Assembly (NCBI GenBank): GCA_964057225.1
Contig: OZ059899.1
Span: 2,666,001-2,730,000, forward strand
Source: Auanema rhodensis
Lineage: Eukaryota > Animalia > Nematoda
Length of the DNA stretch: 64,000 nt
Direction: 5' to 3'
Shown: in pieces, positions 26,677 through 39,663 of the stretch
Numbering within the stretch: position 1 is the first letter of the stretch
Layout of the letters: each line of letters begins with the position of its first letter
The notes under the pieces: model-generated
Databases searched by the model: none
What the model saw: the letters and a program-made list of their open reading frames with translations, nothing else
Told to the model about the DNA's origin: nothing
Made by a program: the position numbers and the translations under genes

Positions 26677-29600
26677 ACATGGAAACTCAACATACACTAA
26701 TGCATCATTTTTCAAACGATCATAACTAATTTTTGTATTAAGCGTTTCTTAATGTAGTATAGTGCATTCGATGCGGATTTTTGAGCTGCGTCGATCTGTG
26801 TTATCAGATTTGCGCTAGCTTGAAAATGCACCGAGATATCAACTGATATAAGTTCACACTTATATCTTCGATTTTCACCCTGAAGAATTAATTTTTTCGT
26901 TGAATAACATTGTCCATCGTCTTTGCCTTGAAAAACGGAATCTAAAAACATCTACTTTTCGCTAAATTATCTTGAAATTTTTCGAAAAAATTTTTGTCAA
27001 AATGTTTTTGGAAGCAATGTTGAGTGTACATGGAAACTCAACATACACTAATGCATCATTTTTCAAACGATCATAACTAATTTTTGTATTAAGCGTTTCT
27101 CAATGTAGTATAGTGCATTCGATGCGGATTTTTGAGCTGCGTCGATCTGTGTTATCAGATTTGCGCTAGCTTAAAAAAGCACCGAGATATCAACTGATAT
27201 AAGTTCACACTTATATCCTCGATTTTCACCCTGAAGAATTATTTTTTTCGTTGAATAACATTGTCCATCGTCTTTGCCTTGAAAAACGGAATCTAAAAAC
27301 ATCTACTTTTTGCTAAATTATTTTGAAATTTTTCGAAAAAATTTTTGTCAAAATGTTTTTGGAAGCAATGTTGAGTGTACATGGAAACTCAACATACACT
27401 AATGCATCATTTTTCAAACGATCATAACTAATTTTTGTATTAAGCGTTTCTCAATGTAGTATAGTGCATTCGATGCGGATTTTTGAGCTGCGTCGATCTG
27501 TGTTATCAGATTTGCGCTAGCTTGAAAATGCACCGAGATATCAACTGATATAAGTTCACACTTATATCCTCGATTTTCACCCTGAAGAATTATTTTTTTC
27601 GTTGAATAACATTGTCCATCGTCTTTGCCTTGAAAAACGGAATCTAAAAACATCTACTTTTCGCTAAATTATCTTGAAATTTTTCGAAAAAATTTTTGTC
27701 AAAATGTTTTTGGAAGCAATGTTGAGTGTACATGGAAACTCAACATACACTAATGCATCATTTTTCAAACGATCATAACTAATTTTTGTATTAAGCGTTT
27801 CTCAATGTAGTATAGTGCATTCGATGCGGAATTTTAAGCTGCGTCGATCTGTGTTATCAGATTTGCGCTAGCTTAAAAAAGCACCGAGATATCAACTGAT
27901 ATAAGTTCACACTTATATCCTCGATTTTCACCCTGAAGAATTATTTTTTTCGTTGAATAACATTGTCCATCGTCTTTGCCTTGAAAAACGGAATCTAAAA
28001 ACATCTACTTTTTGCTAAATTATTTTGAAATTTTTCGAAAAAATTTTTGTCAAAATGTTTTTGGAAGCAATGTTGAGTGTACATGGAAACTCAACATACA
28101 CTAATGCATCATTTTTCAAACGATCATAACTAATTTTTGTATTAAGCGTTTCTCAATGTAGTATAGTGCATTCGATGCGGATTTTTGAGCTGCGTCGATC
28201 TGTGTTATCAGATTTGCGCTAGCTTGAAAATGCACCGAGATATCAACTGATATAAGTTCACACTTATATCCTCGATTTTCACCCTGAAGAATTATTTTTT
28301 TCGTTGAATAACATTGTCCATCGTCTTTGCCTTGAAAAACGGAATCTAAAAACATCTACTTTTCGCTAAATTATCTTGAAATTTTTCGAAAAAATTTTTG
28401 TCAAAATGTTTTTGGAAGCAATGTTGAGTGTACATGGAAACTCAACATACACTAATGCATCATTTTTCAAACGATCATAACTAATTTTTGTATTAAGCGT
28501 TTCTCAATGTAGTATAGTGCATTCGATGCGGAATTTTAAGCTGCGTCGATCTGTGTTATCAGATTTGCGCTAGCTTAAAAAAGCACCGAGATATCAACTG
28601 ATATAAGTTCACACTTATATCCTCGATTTTCACCCTGAAGAATTATTTTTTTCGTTGAATAACATTGTCCATCGTCTTTGCCTTGAAAAACGGAATCTAA
28701 AAACATCTACTTTTTGCTAAATTATTTTGAAATTTTTCGAAAAAATTTTTGTCAAAATGTTTTTGGAAGCAATGTTGAGTGTACATGGAAACTCAACATA
28801 CACTAATGCATCATTTTTCAAACGATCATAACTAATTTTTGTATTAAGCGTTTCTCAATGTAGTATAGTGCATTCGATGCGGATTTTTGAGCTGCGTCGA
28901 TCTGTGTTATCAGATTTGCGCTAGCTTGAAAATGCACCGAGATATCAACTGATATAAGTTCACACTTATATCCTCGATTTTTACCCTGAAGATTTAATTT
29001 TTTCGTTGAATAACATTGTCCATCGTCTTTGCCTTAAAAAAAAGAATCTGAAAACATCTACTTTTCGCTAAATTATCTTGAAATTTTTCGAAAAAATTTT
29101 TGTCAAAATGTTTTTGGAAGCAATGTTGAGTGTACATGGAAACTCGACATACACTAATGCATCATTTTTCAAACGATCATAACTAATTTTTGTATTAAGC
29201 GTTTCTCAATGTAGTATAGTGCATTCGATGCGGATTTTTAAGCTGCGTCGATCTGTGTTATCAGATTTGCGCTAGCTTAAAAATGCACCGAGATATCAAC
29301 TGATATAAGTTCACACTTATATCCTCGATTTTCACCCTGAAGAATTATTTTTTTCGTTGAATAACATTGTCCATCGTCTTCGCCTTGAAAAAAGGAATCT
29401 AAAAACATCTACTTTTTGCTAAATTATTTTTAAATTTTTCGAAAAAATTTTTGTCAAAATGTTTTTGGAAGCAATGTTGAGTGTACATGGAAACTCAACA
29501 TACACTAATGCATCATTTTTCAAACGATCATAACTAATTTTTGTATTGAGCGTTTCTCAATGTAGTATAGTGCATTCAATGCGGATTTTTGAGCTGCGTC

Positions 29601-32600
29601 GATCTGTGTTATCAGATTTGCGCTAGCTTAAAAATGCACCGAGATATCAACTGATATAAGTTCACACTTATATCCTCGATTTTCACCCTGAAGAATCATT
29701 TTTTTCGTTGAATAACATTGTCCATCGTCTTTGCTTTGAAAAACGGAATCTAAAAACATCTACTTTTTGCTAAATTATCTTGAAATTTTTCGAAAAAATT
29801 TTTGTCAAAATGTTTTTGGAAGCAATGTTGAGTGTACATGGAAACTCAACATACACTAATGCATCATTTTTCAAACGATCATAACTAATTTTTGTATTGA
29901 GCGTTTCTCAATGTAGTATAGTGCATTCGATGCGGATTTTTGAGCTGCGTCGATCTGTGTTATCAGATTTGCGCTAGCTTAAAAAAGCACCGAGATATCA
30001 ACTGATATAAGTTCACACTTATATCCTCGATTTTCACCCTGAAGAATTATTTTTTTCGTTGAATAACATTGTCCATCGTCTTTGCTTTGAAAAACGGAAT
30101 CTAAAAACATCTACTTTTTGCTAAATTATTTTGAAATTTTTCGAAAAAATTTTTGTCAAAATGTTTTTGGAAGCAATGTTGAGTGTACATGGAAACTCAA
30201 CATACACTAATGCATCATTTTTCAAACGATCATAACTAAATTTTGTATTAAGCGTTTCTCAATGTAGTATAGTGCATTCGATGCGGATTTTTAAGCTGCG
30301 TCGATCTGTGTTATCAGATTTGCGCTAGCTTAAAAAAGCACCGAGATATCAACTGATATAAGTTCACACTTATATCCTCGATTTTCACCCTGAAGAATTA
30401 TTTTTTTCGTTGAATAACATTGTCCATCGTCTTTGCCTTGAAAAACGAAATCTAAAAACATCTACTTTTTGCTAAATTATTTTGAAATTTTTCGAAAAAA
30501 TTTTTGTCAAAATGTTTTTGGAAGCAATGTTGAGTGTACATGGAAACTCAACATACACTAATGCATCATTTTTCAAACGATCATAACTAATTTTTGTATT
30601 AAGCGTTTCTCAATGTAGTATAGTGCATTCGATGCGGATTTTTGAGCTGCGTCGATCTGTGTTATCAGATTTGCGCTAGCTTAAAAAAGCACCGAGATAT
30701 CAACTGATATAAGTTCACACTTATATCCTCGATTTTCACCCTGAAGAATTATTTTTTTCGTTGAATAACATTGTCCATCGTCTTTGCCTTGAAAAACGGA
30801 ATCTAAAAACATCTACTTTTTGCTAAATTATTTTGAAATTTTTCGAAAAAATTTTTGTCAAAATGTTTTTGGAAGCAATGTTGAGTGTACATGGAAACTC
30901 AACATACACTAATGCATCATTTTTCAAACGATCATAACTAATTTTTGTATTAAGCGTTTCTCAATGTAGTATAGTGCATTCGATGCGGATTTTTGAGCTG
31001 CGTCGATCTGTGTTATCAGATTTGCGCTAGCTTGAAAATGCACCGAGATATCAACTGATATAAGTTCACACTTATATCCTCGATTTTCACCCTGAAGAAT
31101 TAATTTTTTCGTCGAATAACAATGTCCATCGTCTTTGCCTTGAAAAACGGAATTTAAAAACATCTACTTTTCGCTAAATTATCTTGAAATTTTTCGAAAA
31201 AATTTTTGTCAAAATGTTTTTGGAAGCAATGTTGAGTGTACATGGAAACTCAACATACACTAATGCATCATTTTTCAAACAATCATAACTAATTTTTGTA
31301 TTAAGCGTTTCTCAATGTAGTATAGTGCATTCGATGCGGATTTTTGAGCTGCGTCGATCTGTGTTATCAGATTTGCGCTAGCTTAAAAAAGCACCGAGAT
31401 ATCAACTGATATAAGTTCACACTTATATCCTCGATTTTCACCCTGAAGAATTATTTTTTTCGTTGAATAACATTGTCCATCGTCTTTGCTTTGAAAAACG
31501 GAATCTAAAAACATCTACTTTTTGCTAAATTATTTTGAAATTTTTCGAAAAAATTTTTGTCAAAATGTTTTTGGAAGCAATGTTGAGTGTACATGGAAAC
31601 TCAACATACACTAATGCATCATTTTTCAAACGATCATAACTAAATTTTGTATTAAGCGTTTCTCAATGTAGTATAGTGCATTCGATGCGGATTTTTAAGC
31701 TGCGTCGATCTGTGTTATCAGATTTGCGCTAGCTTAAAAAAGCACCGAGATATCAACTGATATATGTTCACACTTATATCCTCGATTTTCACCCTGAAGA
31801 ATTATTTTTTTCGTTGAATAACATTGTCCATCGTCTTTGCCTTGAAAAACGAAATCTAAAAACATCTACTTTTTGCTAAATTATTTTGAAATTTTTCGAA
31901 AAAATTTTTGTCAAAATGTTTTTGGAAGCAATGTTGAGTGTACATGGAAACTCAACATACACTAATGCATCATTTTTCAAACGATCATAACTAATTTTTG
32001 TATTAAGCGTTTCTCAATGTAGTATAGTGCATTCGATGCGGATTTTTGAGCTGCGTCGATCTGTGTTATCAGATTTGCGCTAGCTTAAAAAAGCACCGAG
32101 ATATCAACTGATATAAGTTCACACTTATATCCTCGATTTTCACCCTGAAGAATTATTTTTTTCGTTGAATAACATTGTCCATCGTCTTTGCCTTGAAAAA
32201 CGGAATCTAAAAACATCTACTTTTTGCTAAATTATTTTGAAATTTTTCGAAAAAATTTTTGTCAAAATGTTTTTGGAAGCAATGTTGAGTGTACATGGAA
32301 ACTCAACATACACTAATGCATCATTTTTCAAACGATCATAACTAATTTTTGTATTAAGCGTTTCTCAATGTAGTATAGTGCATTCGATGCGGATTTTTGA
32401 GCTGCGTCGATCTGTGTTATCAGATTTGCGCTAGCTTGAAAATGCACCGAGATATCAACTGATATAAGTTCACACTTATATCCTCGATTTTCACCCTGAA
32501 GAATTAATTTTTTCGTCGAATAACAATGTCCATCGTCTTTGCCTTGAAAAACGGAATTTAAAAACATCTACTTTTCGCTAAATTATCTTGAAATTTTTCG

Positions 32601-34398
32601 AAAAAATTTTTGTCAAAATGTTTTTGGAAGCAATGTTGAGTGTACATGGAAACTCAACATACACTAATGCATCATTTTTCAAACAATCATAACTAATTTT
32701 TGTATTAAGCGTTTCTCAATGTAGTATAGTGCATTCGATGCGGATTTTTGAGCTGCGTCGATCTGTGTTATCAGATTTGCGCTAGCTTAAAAAAGCACCG
32801 AGATATCAACTGATATAAGTTCACACTTATATCCTCGATTTTCACCCTGAAGAATTATTTTTTTCGTTGAATAACATTGTCCATCGTCTTTGCCTTGAAA
32901 AACGGAATCTAAAAACATCTACTTTTCGCTAAATTATCTTGAAATTTTTCGAAAAAATTTTTGTCAAAATGTTTTTGGAAGCAATGTTGAGTGTACATGG
33001 AAACTCAACATACACTAATGCATCATTTTTCAAACGATCATAACTAAATTTTGTATTACACGTTTCTCAATGTAGTATAGTGCATTCGATGCGGATTTTT
33101 AAGCTGCGTCGATCTGTGTTATCAGATTTGCGCTAGCTTAAAAAAGCACCGAGATATCAACTGATATAAGTTCACACTTATATCCTCGATTTTCACCCTG
33201 AAGAATTAATTTTTTCGTTGAATAACATTGTCCATCGTCTTTGCCTTGAAAAACGGAATCTAAAAACATCTACTTTTCGCTAAATTATCTTGAAATTTTT
33301 CGAAAAAATTTTTGTCAAAATGTTTTTGGAAGCAATGTTGAGTGTACATGGAAACTCAACATACACTAATGCATCATTTTTCAAACAATCATAACTAATT
33401 TTTGTATTAAGCGTTTCTCAATGTAGTATAGTGCATTCGATGCGGATTTTTGAGCTGCGTCGATCTGTGTTATCAGATTTGCGCTAGCTTGAAAATGCAC
33501 CGAGATATCAACTGATATAAGTTCACACTTATAACCTCGATTTTCACCCTGAAGAATTAATTTTTTCGATGAATAACATTGTCCATCGTCTTTGCCTTGA
33601 AAAACGGAATCTTAAAACATCTACTTTTCGCTAAATTATTTTGAAATTTTTCGAAAAAATTTTTGTCAAAATGTTTTTGGAAGCAATGTTGAGTGTACAT
33701 GGAAACTCAACATACACTAATGCATCATTTTTCAAACGATCATAACTAATTTTTGTATTAAGCGTTTCTTAATGTAGTATAGTGCATTCGATGCGGATTT
33801 TTGAGCTGCGTCGATCTGTGTTATCAGATTTGCGCTAGCTTAAAAATGCACCGAGATATCAACTGATATAAGTTCACACTTATATCCTCGATTTTCACCC
33901 TGAAGAATTATTTTTTTCGTTGAATAACATTGTCCATCGTCTTTGCCTTGAAAAACGGAATCTAAAAACATCTACTTTTTGCTAAATTATTTTGAAATTT
34001 TTCGAAAAAATTTTTGTCAAAATGTTTTTGGAAGCAATGTTGAGTGTACATGGAAACTCAACATACACTAATGCATCATTTTTCAAACGATCATAACTAA
34101 ATTTTGTATTAAGCGTTTCTCAATGTAGTATAGTGCATTCGATGCGGATTTTTAAGCTGCGTCGATCTGTGTTATCAGATTTGCGCTAGCTTAAAAAAGC
34201 ACCGAGATATCAACTGATATAAGTTCACACTTATATCCTCGATTTTCACCCTGAAGAATTATTTTTTTCGTTGAATAACATTGTCCATCGTCTTTGCCTT
34301 GAAAAACGAAATCTAAAAACATCTACTTTTTGCTAAATTATTTTGAAATTTTTCGAAAAAATTTTTGTCAAAATGTTTTTGGAAGCAATGTTGAGTGT

Positions 34399-37300
34399 AC
34401 ATGGAAACTCAACATACACTAATGCATCATTTTTCAAACGATCATAACTAATTTTTGTATTAAGCGTTTCTCAATGTAGTATAGTGCATTCGATGCGGAT
34501 TTTTGAGCTGCGTCGATCTGTGTTATCAGATTTGCGCTAGCTTAAAAAAGCACCGAGATATCAACTGATATAAGTTCACACTTATATCCTCGATTTTCAC
34601 CCTGAAGAATTATTTTTTTCGTTGAATAACATTGTCCATCGTCTTTGCCTTGAAAAACGGAATCTAAAAACATCTACTTTTTGCTAAAATATTTTGAAAT
34701 TTTTCGAAAAAATTTTTGTCAAAATGTTTTTGGAAGCAATGTTGAGTGTACATGGAAACTCAACATACACTAATGCATCATTTTTCAAACGATCATAACT
34801 AAATTTTGTATTAAGCGTTTCTCAATGTAGTATAGTGCATTCGATGCGGATTTTTGAGCTGCGTCGATCTGTGTTATCAGATTTGCGCTAGCTTGAAAAT
34901 GCACCGAGATATCAACTGATATAAGTTCACACTTATATCCTCGATTTTCACCCTGAAGAATTAATTTTTTCGTTGAATAACATTGTCCATCGTCTTTGCC
35001 TTGAAAAACGGAATCTAAAAACATCTACTTTTCGCTAAATTATCTTGAAATTTTTCGAAAAAATTTTTGTCAAAATGTTTTTGGAAGCAATGTTGAGTGT
35101 ACATGGAAACTCAACATACACTAATGCATCATTTTTCAAACAATCATAACTAATTTTTGTATTAATCGTTTCTCAATGTAGTATAGTGCATTCGATGCGG
35201 ATTTTTGAGCTGCGTCGATCTGTGTTATCAGATTTGCGCTAGCTTAAAAAAGCACCGAGATATCAACTGATATAAGTTCACACTTATATCCTCGATTTTC
35301 ACCCTGAAGAATTATTTTTTTCGTTGAATAACATTGTCCATCGTCTTTGCCTTGAAAAACGGAATCTAAGAACATCTACTTTTTGCTAAATTAATTTGAA
35401 ATTTTTCGAAAAAATTTTTGTCAAAATGTTTTTGGAAGCAATGTTGAGTGTACATGGAAACTCAACATACACTAATGCATCATTTTTCAAACGATCATAA
35501 CTAATTTTTGTATTAAGCGTTTCTCAATGTAGTATAGTGCATTCGATGCGGATTTTTGAGCTGCGTCGATCTGTGTTATCAGATTTGCGCTAGCTTGAAA
35601 ATGCACCGAGATATCAACTGATATAAGTTCACACTTATAACCTCGATTTTCACCCTGAAGAATTAATTTTTTCGATGAATAACATTGTCCATCGTCTTTG
35701 CCTTGAAAAACGGAATCTTAAAACATCTACTTTTCGCTAAATTATTTTGAAATTTTTCGAAAAAATTTTTGTCAAAATGTTTTTGGAAGCAATGTTGAGT
35801 GTACATGGAAACTCAACATACACTAATGCATCATTTTTCAAACAATCATAACTAATTTTTGTATTAAGCGTTTCTCAATGTAGTATAGTGCATTCGATGC
35901 GGATTTTTGAGCTGCGTCGATCTGTGTTATCAGATTTGCGCTAGCTTGAAAATGCACCGAGATATCAACTGATATAAGTTCACACTTATAACCTCGATTT
36001 TCACCCTGAAGAATTAATTTTTTCGATGAATAACATTGTCCATCGTCTTTGCCTTGAAAAACGGAATCTTAAAACATCTACTTTTCGCTAAATTATTTTG
36101 AAATTTTTCGAAAAAATTTTTGTCAAAATGTTTTTGGAAGCAATGTTGAGTGTACATGGAAACTCAACATACACTAATGCATCATTTTTCAAACGATCAT
36201 AACTAATTTTTGTATTAAGCGTTTCTTAATGTAGTATAGTGCATTCGATGCGGATTTTTGAGCTGCGTCGATCTGTGTTATCAGATTTGCGCTAGCTTGA
36301 AAATGCACCGAGATATCAACTGATATAAGTTCACACTTATATCCTCGATTTTCACCCTGAAGAATTAATTTTTTCGTTGAATAACATTGTCCATCGTCTT
36401 TGCCTTGAAAAACGGAATCTGAAAACATCTACTTTTCGCTAAATTATCTTGAAATTTTTCGAAAAAATTTTTGTCAAAATGTTTTTGGAAGCAATGTTGA
36501 GTGTACATGGAAACTCAACATACACTAATGCATCATTTTTCAAACGATCATAACTAATTTTTGTATTGAGCGTTTCTCAATGTAGTATAGTGCATTCAAT
36601 GCGGATTTTTGAGCTGCGTCGATCTGTGTTATCAGATTTGCGCTAGCTTAAAAATGCACCGAGATATCAACTGATATAAGTTCACACTTATATCCTCGAT
36701 TTTCACCCTGAAGAATTATTTTTTTCGTTGAATAACATTGTCCATCGTCTTTGCTTTGAAAAACGGAATCTAAAAACATCTACTTTTTGCTAAATTATTT
36801 TGAAATTTTTCGAAAAAATTTTTGTCAAAATGTTTTTGGAAGCAATGTTGAGTGTACATGGAAACTCAACATACACTAATGCATCATTTTTCAAACGATC
36901 ATAACTAAATTTTGTATTAAGCGTTTCTCAATGTAGTATAGTGCATTCGATGCGGATTTTTAAGCTGCGTCGATCTGTGTTATCAGATTTGCGCTAGCTT
37001 AAAAAAGCACCGAGATATCAACTGATATAAGTTCACACTTATATCCTCGATTTTCACCCTGAAGAATTATTTTTTTCGTTGAATAACATTGTCCATCGTC
37101 TTTGCTTTGAAAAACGGAATCTAAAAACATCTACTTTTTGCTAAAATATTTTGAAATTTTTCGAAAAAATTTTTGTCAAAATGTTTTTGGAAGCAATGTT
37201 GAGTGTACATGGAAACTCAACATACACTAATGCATCATTTTTCAAACGATCATAACTAAATTTTGTATTAAGCGTTTCTCAATGTAGTATAGTGCATTCG

Positions 37301-39312
37301 ATGCGGATTTTTGAGCTGCGTCGATCTGTGTTATCAGATTTGCGCTAGCTTGAAAATGCACCGAGATATCAACTGATATAAGTTCACACTTATATCCTCG
37401 ATTTTCACCCTGAAGAATTAATTTTTTCGTTGAATAACATTGTCCATCGTCTTTGCCTTGAAAAACGGAATCTAAAAACATCTACTTTTCGCTAAATTAT
37501 CTTGAAATTTTTCGAAAAAATTTTTGTCAAAATGTTTTTGGAAGCAATGTTGAGTGTACATGGAAACTCAACATACACTAATGCATCATTTTTCAAACAA
37601 TCATAACTAATTTTTGTATTAATCGTTTCTCAATGTAGTATAGTGCATTCGATGCGGATTTTTGAGCTGCGTCGATCTGTGTTATCAGATTTGCGCTAGC
37701 TTAAAAAAGCACCGAGATATCAACTGATATAAGTTCACACTTATATCCTCGATTTTCACCCTGAAGAATTATTTTTTTCGTTGAATAACATTGTCCATCG
37801 TCTTTGCCTTGAAAAACGGAATCTAAGAACATCTACTTTTTGCTAAATTAATTTGAAATTTTTCGAAAAAATTTTTGTCAAAATGTTTTTGGAAGCAATG
37901 TTGAGTGTACATGGAAACTCAACATACACTAATGCATCATTTTTCAAACGATCATAACTAATTTTTGTATTAAGCGTTTCTCAATGTAGTATAGTGCATT
38001 CGATGCGGATTTTTGAGCTGCGTCGATCTGTGTTATCAGATTTGCGCTAGCTTGAAAATGCACCGAGATATCAACTGATATAAGTTCACACTTATAACCT
38101 CGATTTTCACCCTGAAGAATTAATTTTTTCGATGAATAACATTGTCCATCGTCTTTGCCTTGAAAAACGGAATCTTAAAACATCTACTTTTCGCTAAATT
38201 ATTTTGAAATTTTTCGAAAAAATTTTTGTCAAAATGTTTTTGGAAGCAATGTTGAGTGTACATGGAAACTCAACATACACTAATGCATCATTTTTCAAAC
38301 AATCATAACTAATTTTTGTATTAAGCGTTTCTCAATGTAGTATAGTGCATTCGATGCGGATTTTTGAGCTGCGTCGATCTGTGTTATCAGATTTGCGCTA
38401 GCTTGAAAATGCACCGAGATATCAACTGATATAAGTTCACACTTATAACCTCGATTTTCACCCTGAAGAATTAATTTTTTCGATGAATAACATTGTCCAT
38501 CGTCTTTGCCTTGAAAAACGGAATCTTAAAACATCTACTTTTCGCTAAATTATTTTGAAATTTTTCGAAAAAATTTTTGTCAAAATGTTTTTGGAAGCAA
38601 TGTTGAGTGTACATGGAAACTCAACATACACTAATGCATCATTTTTCAAACGATCATAACTAATTTTTGTATTAAGCGTTTCTTAATGTAGTATAGTGCA
38701 TTCGATGCGGATTTTTGAGCTGCGTCGATCTGTGTTATCAGATTTGCGCTAGCTTGAAAATGCACCGAGATATCAACTGATATAAGTTCACACTTATATC
38801 CTCGATTTTCACCCTGAAGAATTAATTTTTTCGTTGAATAACATTGTCCATCGTCTTTGCCTTGAAAAACGGAATCTGAAAACATCTACTTTTCGCTAAA
38901 TTATCTTGAAATTTTTCGAAAAAATTTTTGTCAAAATGTTTTTGGAAGCAATGTTGAGTGTACATGGAAACTCAACATACACTAATGCATCATTTTTCAA
39001 ACGATCATAACTAATTTTTGTATTGAGCGTTTCTCAATGTAGTATAGTGCATTCAATGCGGATTTTTGAGCTGCGTCGATCTGTGTTATCAGATTTGCGC
39101 TAGCTTAAAAATGCACCGAGATATCAACTGATATAAGTTCACACTTATATCCTCGATTTTCACCCTGAAGAATTATTTTTTTCGTTGAATAACATTGTCC
39201 ATCGTCTTTGCTTTGAAAAACGGAATCTAAAAACTTCTACTTTTTGCTAAATTATTTTGAAATTTTTCGAAAAAATTTTTGTCAAAATGTTTTTGGAAGC
39301 AATGTTGAGTGT
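34399..39312 (+). repeat. 7-monomer (2457-bp) tandem duplication (monomers ~99-105 vs ~106-112)
   Basis: ORF variants at 34785/37242 and 36189/38646 are 2457 bp apart. ctaaaatatt (~34685/37142) and ttaatcg plus ctaagaac (monomers 101/108) repeat at the same offset. Confidence 0.88.
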
Positions 39313-39663
39313 ACATGGAAACTCAACATACACTAATGCATCATTTTTCAAACGATCATAACTAAATTTTGTATTAAGCGTTTCTCAATGTAGTATAGTG
39401 CATTCGATGCGGATTTTTGAGCTGCGTCGATCTGTGTTATCAGATTTGCGCTAGCTTGAAAATGCACCGAGATATCAACTGATATAAGTTCACACTTATA
39501 TCCTCGATTTTCACCCTGAAGAATTAATTTTTTCGTTGAATAACATTGTCCATCGTCTTTGCCTTGAAAAACGGAATCTAAAAACATCTACTTTTCGCTA
39601 AATTATCTTGAAATTTTTCGAAAAAATTTTTGTCAAAATGTTTTTGGAAGCAATGTTGAGTGT

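Larger units (their letters stand above)
19657..39663 (+). repeat. Large block duplication, copy B (monomers 57-113)
   Basis: Same markers in the same order: ~19935, ~20554, ~21259, ~26864, ~27829, ~29031, ~29144, ~31110, ~33056, ~35162/35366. The offset from copy A starts at 44 monomers and grows to about 49-57 through local expansions. The right boundary is approximate. Confidence 0.85.
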
